The notes under the pieces are model-generated. The model saw only the letters and a list, made by a program, of their open reading frames with translations. It was not told the origin of the DNA and did no database searches. Positions 56,536 to 64,000 of a stretch of 64,000 bases of DNA are shown piece after piece. Source of the stretch: Myxococcota bacterium (GTDB lineage: Bacteria; Myxococcota_A; UBA9042; PHBI01; JAWLBL01); the NCBI GenBank assembly GCA_041687695.1, contig JAWLBL010000002.1:166761-230760 (forward strand), given 5' to 3'. How positions within the stretch are numbered: position 1 is the first letter of the stretch; each line of letters opens with the position of its first letter. Position numbers and translations under genes: made by a program.

Positions 56536-56978
56536 CGCGCCGCCCTCCGCGGGCGGTCAAGGCGCGGGTCGCAGCCGCCCTGCGCTGCAGTCCGATCGGC
56601 CAGCGTCGGCGCCGCGGATCGAGGCTTTCCACACACTCATTCACACCCCAAAGTTGACCCTCCACGGCCGCGGCCGCTTAGATGAAGCTGCTCGAAATCA
56701 CCCCCCTGGCTGCAGCCCGCAACCTCGCGACGACCAAGCCGACCCCAGATCGCGGATCCCGGCGACGCCTACGCCGTCAATCGCGCGCCACCTCAGCGCC
56801 TCCGAAGGCAGGCCGGCCGCCACCCCCGCTTCCGCGCTGCCCCGCGCGCGCCCCCCTCCCGGGCCCCCCCGGCCTCCCTGCTCTCCGCGCGCCCGACCCT
56901 TCGCCGCTCCGCCCGCGCCGTCGCGCGATGCTGCGCTGCACCATGACGCCCCCGAGCGAGATCTCAGAGGACCTCCCC

Positions 56979-58115
56979 ATGGGAATGGCAAAGACCGTGC
57001 TCATCACCGGCGGCGCCGGCTTCATCGGCTCGCATGTGGCCGACGAGCTGCTCGCGGCCGGGCACCACGTCCGCGCGCTCGACAACCTGTCGCCCCAGGT
57101 GCACGGCGAGGGCGCCGGCCGCCCCGCCCACCTCGACGCCCGCGTCGATCTCCGGATCGGCGACGTGCGCGACCCCGAGGCCGTCGCCGCCGCCCTAGAC
57201 GGCGTCGACGCCGTCTACCACCTCGCGGCCGCGGTGGGCGTGGGCCAGAGCATGTACGAGATGGCCGAGTACACCTCGGTCAACAACCTCGGCACGGCCG
57301 TGCTGCTCGAGCAGCTGGTCGCGGCGCACGCCCGGCGCCCCTTCGAGCGCCTGGTGGTCGCCTCGAGCATGAGCGTCTACGGCGAAGGCCGCTACCTCGG
57401 CGCCTCGGGCGCGCCCCACGACGACGTCGAGCGCACCCTCTCGCAGCTCAAGGAGGGGCAGTGGGAGCCGCGCGACGCCTCGGGCCGCGCGCTCGAGCCG
57501 GTCGCGACGCCCGAGGGCAAGGCCGTCAGCCTCAGCTCCATCTATGCCCTGTCCAAATACGATCAAGAGCGCATGTGCCTCATCGCCGGCCGCGCCTATC
57601 GCATCCCGACCACGGCCCTGCGCTTCTTCAACGTCTACGGGCCGCGCCAGGCGCTGTCGAATCCCTACACCGGCGTGCTCGCGATCTTCGCCTCGCGCCT
57701 GATGAACGGCAAGCCCCCGCTCATCTTCGAGGACGGCCAGCAGCGCCGCGACTTCGTCAGCGTCCACGACGTCGCCCGCGCCTGCCGCCTCGCCCTCGAC
57801 GCGCCGCGCGCCCCCGGCGAGGTGCTCAACGTCGGCGCCGGCCGCCCCTACACGGTCCTGCAGATCGCGGCCGAGCTGGCCCGCGTCACCGGCCGCCAGG
57901 ACATCGACCCCGAGGTGACCGGCCAGTACCGCATGGGCGACATCCGCCACTGCTTCGCCGACATCACCCGAACCCGCGACGTCCTCGGCTACGAGCCCCG
58001 CGTCTCGCTCGCCGACGGCCTCGCCGAGCTGGCCGCCTGGCTCGAGGGCGAGACCTGCACCGACCACGTCGACGCCGCCCGCGACGAGCTCGCGCGCCGC
58101 GGCCTGACCCTCTGA
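56979..58115 (+). CDS. NAD-dependent epimerase/dehydratase
   Basis: TGGAGFIG, SSMSVYGEG, YALSK, FFNVYG and RDFV; start MGMAKT after AGAGG. Confidence 0.93.
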   Translation: MGMAKTVLITGGAGFIGSHVADELLAAGHHVRALDNLSPQVHGEGAGRPAHLDARVDLRIGDVRDPEAVAAALDGVDAVYHLAAAVGVGQSMYEMAEYTSVNNLGTAVLLEQLVAAHARRPFERLVVASSMSVYGEGRYLGASGAPHDDVERTLSQLKEGQWEPRDASGRALEPVATPEGKAVSLSSIYALSKYDQERMCLIAGRAYRIPTTALRFFNVYGPRQALSNPYTGVLAIFASRLMNGKPPLIFEDGQQRRDFVSVHDVARACRLALDAPRAPGEVLNVGAGRPYTVLQIAAELARVTGRQDIDPEVTGQYRMGDIRHCFADITRTRDVLGYEPRVSLADGLAELAAWLEGETCTDHVDAARDELARRGLTL

Positions 58116-58140
58116 TCGGGCCCCCCTCAGGAGACGCTCC

Positions 58141-59289
58141 ATGCACCAGGACTCCTCGCGCGCGGCGCCCACGACGCAGGGCTTCGGCGCCCCCTACGCG
58201 CTGGTCACCGGCGGGGCCGGCTTCATCGGCAGCAACGTCGCCGACCGCCTCGCCCGGCAGGGCCACCGGGTGCTGCTGCTCGACAACCTCTCGCGCCCCT
58301 CGGTCGAGCGCAACGTCGCCTGGCTGCGCGAGCGCCACGGCGAGCGCGTCCGCGTCGAGGTCGGCGACGTCCGCGACGCCGAGCTGATGCGCGCCCTGGT
58401 CCGCGGCGCCGACCAGGTCTTCCACTTCGCCGCCCAGGTCGCCGTCACCACCAGCCTCCACGACCCGATGCACGACTTCCTGGTCAACGCCGCCGGGACC
58501 GTCACCCTGCTCGAGGCCCTGCGCGCCCTGCCCAAGCCGCCTCCCCTGGTCTTCAGCTCGACCAACAAGGTCTACGGCGCCCTGCCCGACGTCGACGTCG
58601 CGCTGCAGGGCCGCCGCTGGGAGCCGCGCCGGGTCGATCTGAGGGCGGAGGGCCTGCCCGAGACCCGCCCGCTGGACTTCCACAGCCCCTACGGCTGCTC
58701 CAAGGGCGCCGCCGACCAGTACGTCGTCGACTACGCGCGCACCTTCGGCCTGCCGGCCTGCGTCTTCCGCATGAGCTGCATCTACGGCCCGCGCCAGTTC
58801 GGCAACGAGGACCAGGGCTGGGTGGCCCACTTCCTCATCCGCGCCCTCGACGGCGAGCCCATCACCATCTACGGCGACGGCCGGCAGGTGCGCGACGTCC
58901 TGTTCGTCGACGATCTGGTCGACGCCTACCTCACCGCGCGCGACCACCTGCAGCGCCCCGAGCGCTCCGGCGCCCACCTGCGCGGGCGCGCCTTCAACAT
59001 CGGCGGCGGCCCCACCAACACCCTCAGCCTGACGGAGCTGGTCGAGCACATCGAGCGCCTGCACGGCCGCGCCCCGATGCTGCGCTTCGACGCCTGGCGC
59101 CCGGGCGACCAGCGCTGGTACGTCTCGGACCCGCGCGGCTTCGGGCAGGTGACCGGCTGGCGCCCGCGCACCAGCGTGGCCGAAGGGCTGACGCGCCTTT
59201 ACGACTGGCTCGCCGACGGGCACGCGGCCCGGACCGCCGCGCCGCCGGTGAAGGCCACCGGCACGACCGACCGCCCCAGCGCGCTCTGA
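58141..59289 (+). CDS. NAD-dependent epimerase, CDP-paratose 2-epimerase-like
   Basis: TGGAGFIG, AAQVAVTTS, STNKVYG, PYGCSKGAADQY, RMSCIYG and EDQGWVAHF. Confidence 0.92.
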   Translation: MHQDSSRAAPTTQGFGAPYALVTGGAGFIGSNVADRLARQGHRVLLLDNLSRPSVERNVAWLRERHGERVRVEVGDVRDAELMRALVRGADQVFHFAAQVAVTTSLHDPMHDFLVNAAGTVTLLEALRALPKPPPLVFSSTNKVYGALPDVDVALQGRRWEPRRVDLRAEGLPETRPLDFHSPYGCSKGAADQYVVDYARTFGLPACVFRMSCIYGPRQFGNEDQGWVAHFLIRALDGEPITIYGDGRQVRDVLFVDDLVDAYLTARDHLQRPERSGAHLRGRAFNIGGGPTNTLSLTELVEHIERLHGRAPMLRFDAWRPGDQRWYVSDPRGFGQVTGWRPRTSVAEGLTRLYDWLADGHAARTAAPPVKATGTTDRPSAL

Positions 59290-59306
59290 CCCGGCCGAGG
59301 CCCGCC

Positions 59307-60446
59307 ATGACCGACCCCGCGCCCGCGCCGCGGCCGCGCCGCGTGCTGATGACCGCCGACACGGTGGGCGGCGTCTGGACCTATGCCCTGGATCTGGCGC
59401 GGGGCCTCGCCGAGCTGAACGTCCAGACCGCGCTGGCCACCATGGGCGCCCCGCTGTCCCCCGGCCAGTGGGAGGCCGCGCGCGCCGTTCCCGGGCTGCA
59501 GATCCACGAGAGCCGCTTCGCGCTCGAGTGGATGGACGATCCCTGGGACGACGTGGCCGCCGCCGGGCCCTGGCTGCTGGCGCTGGCCCGCGAGCTGCGC
59601 CCCGACGTGGTGCACCTCAACGGCTACGCCCACGGCGCCCTCGCCTGGCCGGCCCCCACCGTGATGGTCGGGCACTCGTGCGTGGCCTCCTGGTGGCGCG
59701 CGGTGCTGGGCGAGGACGCGCCGCCCCGCTACGACCGCTACCGCGCCGAGGTGCGGCGGGGGCTGCAGGCGGCCGACCGGGTGGTCTCGGTCAGCCGGGC
59801 CATGCTCGACGCGCTGGCGCTCCACTACGGCCCGCTGCCCCGCGCCCAGGCCATCCACAACGGCCTGTTCCACCAGGGCTTGCAGCCGGCCCCCGTCCGC
59901 GAGCCCTTCGTCCTGGCGGCCGGCCGCCTGTGGGACCCCGCCAAGAACCTGGCCGCCCTCACGCAGGCCGCCCAGGGCCTGTCCTGGCCCGTGCGCGTCG
60001 CCGGCGACCCCCGCGGCCCCGACGGCCGCCTCGCGCCCGCCCCCGACGTCGAGCTGCTGGGCCCGCTCGACCACGCCGTCCTCCGCGGCCTCATGGCCAA
60101 GGCAGCCCTCTTCGCCCACCCGGCTCGCTACGAGCCCTTCGGCCTGGCCCCGCTCGAGGCCGCCGCCAGCGGCTGCGCCCTGGTGCTGGGCGACATCCCG
60201 TCCCTGCGAGAGGTCTGGGGCGACGCCGCCGTCTTCGTCCCGCCCGGCGATCCCGCCGCCCTCGCCGCCGCCCTCGAGGCGCTGATCGCCGACCCACCCC
60301 GCAGGCAGGCCCTGGCCGCCGCCGCCGGCGCCCGCGCGCGCCGCTACGACGCCCGGAACGTGGCGGCCGCCTACGCCGCCTTGTATGCCGAAGTCATCGC
60401 CCGACCTCCCCCGCAGGCGCCCACCCGCGCCCGCGCCTCCTCCTGA
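59307..60446 (+). CDS. Glycosyltransferase family 4
   Basis: MTADTVGGVWTY; YEPFGLAPLEA (EX7E). Confidence 0.92.
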   Translation: MTDPAPAPRPRRVLMTADTVGGVWTYALDLARGLAELNVQTALATMGAPLSPGQWEAARAVPGLQIHESRFALEWMDDPWDDVAAAGPWLLALARELRPDVVHLNGYAHGALAWPAPTVMVGHSCVASWWRAVLGEDAPPRYDRYRAEVRRGLQAADRVVSVSRAMLDALALHYGPLPRAQAIHNGLFHQGLQPAPVREPFVLAAGRLWDPAKNLAALTQAAQGLSWPVRVAGDPRGPDGRLAPAPDVELLGPLDHAVLRGLMAKAALFAHPARYEPFGLAPLEAAASGCALVLGDIPSLREVWGDAAVFVPPGDPAALAAALEALIADPPRRQALAAAAGARARRYDARNVAAAYAALYAEVIARPPPQAPTRARASS

Positions 60447-60492
60447 GCCGACCGCCACGGTCCCACGCCGCCCCCGTCGCTGGAGCCCCGCC

Positions 60493-61659
60493 TTGAAGGT
60501 CGTCCTCTTCTGCCACTCGCTGTCGTCCGACTGGAACCACGGCAACGCGCACTTCCTGCGCGGCGTCGTCACCGAGCTGACCCTCCGCGGCCACGACGTC
60601 CACAGCTACGAGCCGCGCGACGCCTGGAGCGTGCAGAACCTGCTCGCCGAGCACGGCGAGCTCGCGGCCCGCGCCGTCGAGGCCGCCTACCCGGACCTGC
60701 CCATCCACCGCTACGACCTGCCCGACCTGCTGGGCGGCGACGGCCTCGACCGCGCCCTCGACGACGCCGATCTGGTGCTGGTCCACGAGTGGAACGACCC
60801 CGCCCTGGTCGCCGCGATCGGCCGCCACCGCGCCCGCCACGGCGGCTTCCGCGTGCTCTTCCACGACACGCACCACCGCTCGGTCACCCAGCCCGAGGCG
60901 ATGGCGCGCTACGACCTGTCCGCCTACGACGGCGTGCTCGCGTTCGGCGAAGCCGTCCGCCAGGTCTACCTGCAGGCCGGCTGGTCCCGCCGGGTCTGGA
61001 CCTGGCACGAGGCCGCCGACACGCGCGTCTTCAAGCCCTTGCGGCCGGTCGGCGCCCTCGACGCCGCCCTCGAGGGCGACCTCGTCTGGGTCGGCAACTG
61101 GGGCGACGACGAGCGCACGGCCGAGCTGCACGCCTTCCTGCTCGACCCCGTCCGCGCCCTGGGCCTGGTCGGCACCGTCCACGGCGTGCGCTACCCCGCG
61201 CACGGCATCGCCGCCCTGGGCGAGGCGGGCCTGTCCTTCGCCGGCTGGCTGCCCAACTTCGAGGTGCCGCGGGTCTTCGCCCGCCACCGCATGACCGTGC
61301 ACGTCCCGCGGCGCCCCTACGCGACCGCGCTGCCCGGCGTCCCGACCATCCGCGTCTTCGAGGCGCTGGCCTGCGGCATCCCGCTGTTGTGCGCGCCCTG
61401 GGACGACGCCGAGGGCCTGTTCCGGCCGGGCACCGACTACCTGGTCGCCCGCGACGGCGCCGAGATGACGCGGCACATGCGCGCGGTGGCGACCGACCCC
61501 GAGCTGGCGCGCGAGCTGGGCGAGCAAGGCCGCCAGACGGTGCTCGCCCGCCACACCTGCGCCCACCGCGTCGACGAGCTGATGAGCATCTGCCAGGAGC
61601 TCGACGTGACGACCCAGGCCCAGCTCCCCCCGTCCGCCCGCAGCGAGGTGGCCCGATGA
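60493..61659 (+). CDS. CgeB-family (DUF3880/GT1-like) glycosyltransferase
   Basis: SDWNHGNAHFLRG, HDTHHR, PTIRVFEALACG and HTCAHR; TTG start after GGAG. Confidence 0.88.
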   Translation: MKVVLFCHSLSSDWNHGNAHFLRGVVTELTLRGHDVHSYEPRDAWSVQNLLAEHGELAARAVEAAYPDLPIHRYDLPDLLGGDGLDRALDDADLVLVHEWNDPALVAAIGRHRARHGGFRVLFHDTHHRSVTQPEAMARYDLSAYDGVLAFGEAVRQVYLQAGWSRRVWTWHEAADTRVFKPLRPVGALDAALEGDLVWVGNWGDDERTAELHAFLLDPVRALGLVGTVHGVRYPAHGIAALGEAGLSFAGWLPNFEVPRVFARHRMTVHVPRRPYATALPGVPTIRVFEALACGIPLLCAPWDDAEGLFRPGTDYLVARDGAEMTRHMRAVATDPELARELGEQGRQTVLARHTCAHRVDELMSICQELDVTTQAQLPPSARSEVAR

Positions 61660-62768
61660 TGCAACGCGACACGCTGGACATCGCCTTCTTCGGCTCGAGC
61701 CTGGTCTCCGCCTACTGGAACGGGGCCGCGACCTACTACCGCGGCGTCATCCGGGCGCTGGCCGAGCGCGGCCATCGGGTGACCTTCTACGAGCCGGACG
61801 CCTACGACCGGCAAGCGCACCGCGACATCGACGATCCACCCTGGGCGCGCGTGGTGGTCTACCCGGTCGACGGCGAGGACCACGTTCGCCGCTGCCTCGA
61901 CGAGGCGCGCCAGGCCGACCTGGTCGTCAAGGCCAGCGGCGTGGGCGTCTTCGACGCGCTGCTCGAGGAGGCGGTGCTCGATCTGCAGAGCCCGTCGCGC
62001 GCCGTGGTCTTCTGGGACGTCGACGCCCCGGCCACGCTGCAGCGCATCAAGGACGACCCGGCCGACCCCTTCCGCGCGCTCGTGCCGCGCTACGACCTCG
62101 TCTTCACCTACGGCGGCGGCCCGCCCGTCATCGCGGCCTACCAGGGCTTCGGCGCCAAGGCCTGTGTGCCCATCTACAACGCCCACGACCCCGACACCCA
62201 CCACCCGGTCGCCCCCGACCCGCGCTTCGAAGGCACCCTCGGCTTCCTCGGCAACCGCCTGCCCGACCGCGAGGCGCGCGTCGAGCGCTTCTTCCTCGCT
62301 GCGGCGCAGCAGATGCCCGAGGGGCGCTTCGTCCTGGGCGGCAACGGCTGGCACGACAAGCCCATGCCGGACAACGTCCGCGACCTGGGCCACGTCTACA
62401 CCCGCGACCACAACGCCTTCAACTGCACCCTCGGCGCGGTGCTCAACATCAGCCGCGACAGCATGGCCGACATGGGCTTTTCCCCCGCGACGCGGGTCTT
62501 CGAGGCCGCGGGCGCGGCGGCCTGCCTCATCACCGACGCCTGGGAGGGCCTCGAGACCTTCCTAGAGCCCGGCCGCGAGGTGCTGGTCGCCGCCAACGCC
62601 GAGGAGATCGTCGAGCACCTGCGGCGCCTGTCCCCCGAGCAGCGTCGCGCCATCGGCCAGGCCGCCCGCCGGCGCGTGCTGGCCGACCACACCTACACGC
62701 AGCGCGCCCTCGAGGTCGAGGACGTGCTGGGCGTCCGCCGCCCCCGTCGCCGCGAGGTGGCCTCGTGA
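61656..62768 (+). CDS. CgeB-family glycosyltransferase
   Basis: C-terminal part of ORF 60789..62768: SSLVSAYWNGAATYYRG, WDVDAP, SPATRVFEAAG and HTYTQR. Confidence 0.88.
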   Translation: MMQRDTLDIAFFGSSLVSAYWNGAATYYRGVIRALAERGHRVTFYEPDAYDRQAHRDIDDPPWARVVVYPVDGEDHVRRCLDEARQADLVVKASGVGVFDALLEEAVLDLQSPSRAVVFWDVDAPATLQRIKDDPADPFRALVPRYDLVFTYGGGPPVIAAYQGFGAKACVPIYNAHDPDTHHPVAPDPRFEGTLGFLGNRLPDREARVERFFLAAAQQMPEGRFVLGGNGWHDKPMPDNVRDLGHVYTRDHNAFNCTLGAVLNISRDSMADMGFSPATRVFEAAGAAACLITDAWEGLETFLEPGREVLVAANAEEIVEHLRRLSPEQRRAIGQAARRRVLADHTYTQRALEVEDVLGVRRPRRREVAS

Positions 62769-63877
62769 ACGGCCTGAACGTCTGCTTCGTCGGCCTGACC
62801 GTCAGCTCCTCGTGGGGCAACGGCCACGCCACCACCTACCGGGGCCTGCTGCGCGAGCTGGCCGCGCTTGGCCACCACGTCACCTTCCTCGAGCGCGACG
62901 TCCCCTGGTATGCCCGGCACAGGGACTGCCCCAACCCCGAAGGCTGCGAGCTGCACCTGTACGGCTCGCTCGCCGACCTCGAGCGCCGCTTCGAGGGCCT
63001 GGTGCGCCAGGCCGACCTGGTCGTGGTCGGCTCGTACGTGCCCCAGGGCTGCGAGGTCATCCGCTGGGTGCAGCGCACGGCCACCGGCCCGACCGCCTTC
63101 TACGACATCGACACCCCGGTCACCCTGGCCAAGCTCGACCGCGGCGACGAGGAGTACCTGTCCGTCCCGCTCATCGCGGGCTTCGACGCCTACCTGTCCT
63201 TCACCGGCGGGCCCACCCTGGACCGCCTCGAGCGCGACTACGGCGCCCGGCGCGCCGAGCCCCTGTACTGCTCGGTCGACCCGCGCAAGTACTACCCCGA
63301 GGAGGCGGAGACCCGCTGGGACCTCGGCTACCTGGGCACCTACAGCCCCGACCGCCAGCCGGCCCTCGACCGCCTGCTGGTCCAGGTCGCCGCCCGCCGC
63401 CCCCGCGGCCGCTTCGCGGTCGCCGGCCCCAGCTACCCGGCCGACCTCGCCTGGCCCGACAACGTCACCCGCACCGACCACGTCGCCCCGGGCGAGCACC
63501 GCGCCTTCTACCGCGCGCAGCGCTTCACCCTCAACGTCACCCGCGCCGACATGGTGCGCGCCGGCTGGTCGCCCAGCGTGCGCCTGTTCGAGGCCGCCGC
63601 CTGCGGCGTGCCCATCGTCAGCGACGTCTGGCCGGGCATCGAGGACTTCTTCACGCCCGGCCAGGAGATCCTGCTGGCGCGCACCACCGCCGACGCCGAG
63701 CGGTTCGTCTTCGAGCTGCCCGAGGCCGAGCGCCGCGCCGTCGCCGAGCGCGCCCGGGCCCGCGTCCTGACGCACCACACGGCGGCGGCCCGCGCCCGCG
63801 AGCTCGAGGCCATCGCCCTCGATCTGCTCGGCGGCGCCCGCGCGGCCGCGCAGCCCCGCTCCGCGGTGAGCCGATGA
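62765..63877 (+). CDS. CgeB-family glycosyltransferase
   Basis: SSSWGNGHATTYRGL, FYDIDTP and SPSVRLFEAAACG. Confidence 0.88.
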   Translation: MNGLNVCFVGLTVSSSWGNGHATTYRGLLRELAALGHHVTFLERDVPWYARHRDCPNPEGCELHLYGSLADLERRFEGLVRQADLVVVGSYVPQGCEVIRWVQRTATGPTAFYDIDTPVTLAKLDRGDEEYLSVPLIAGFDAYLSFTGGPTLDRLERDYGARRAEPLYCSVDPRKYYPEEAETRWDLGYLGTYSPDRQPALDRLLVQVAARRPRGRFAVAGPSYPADLAWPDNVTRTDHVAPGEHRAFYRAQRFTLNVTRADMVRAGWSPSVRLFEAAACGVPIVSDVWPGIEDFFTPGQEILLARTTADAERFVFELPEAERRAVAERARARVLTHHTAAARARELEAIALDLLGGARAAAQPRSAVSR

Positions 63878-64000
63878 CCCACTCCCACCCGCACCCGCCG
63901 CCCCCGCCGCGCTCGCTGGCCGCCGAGGCCGCCCGCCTCGGCCCCTGGTTCCACAACCTGCACCTGCCCGACGGCACCCAGACCCGCCCCGACTCTCCCC
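63874..64000 (+). CDS. SAM methyltransferase, TIGR04290-like (5' fragment; runs off right edge)
   Basis: Translated by hand from ATG 63874 (overlaps the previous stop): ...AARLGPWFHNLHLPDGTQT. The GPWFHN motif and the CgeB context fit this family. Confidence 0.7.
   Translation, partial: MTHSHPHPPPPPRSLAAEAARLGPWFHNLHLPDGTQTRPDSP

Overview
Very GC-rich, densely coding DNA that looks myxobacterial (MYXO-CTERM-type anchor, several Hanks kinases, Che7-type operon); the taxon is inferred from gene content only. From left to right the window holds: (1) a cheY-cheA-cheW-mcp-HEAT-cheR-cheB chemosensory operon on the minus strand, with cheB cut by the edge, and a divergent hybrid histidine kinase; (2) a beta-propeller lipoprotein with a sigma-54 promoter; (3) hutF, a hypothetical gene and two tandem Ser/Thr kinases with an atypical HRDLKWSN loop; (4) a ~2.2 kb HNH-endonuclease element with repeat/hairpin arrays, bounded by a 14-bp direct repeat that duplicates the stop codon of the neighbouring tlpA-like gene; (5) assorted metabolic and signalling genes; (6) a 4445-aa secreted DUF11/beta-propeller/Cys-repeat/HYR surface protein, followed by a REP-like repeat cluster and a MOSC gene; (7) a ~1770-aa Zn-ribbon/HTH-kinase-STAND-TPR-GAF-sigma54 activator that lacks the usual C-terminal HTH and faces a canonical sigma-54 promoter; (8) two lipoproteins; (9) an oxidoreductase/epimerase/CgeB-glycosyltransferase/methyltransferase cluster cut by the right edge. 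I saw no rRNA, tRNA or CRISPR array. The best novelty candidates are the transposase-like N-terminal domain on the sigma-54 activator, the HNH element, and the nested propeller cassette in the giant protein. All family assignments come from reading motifs by eye; no searches were run.
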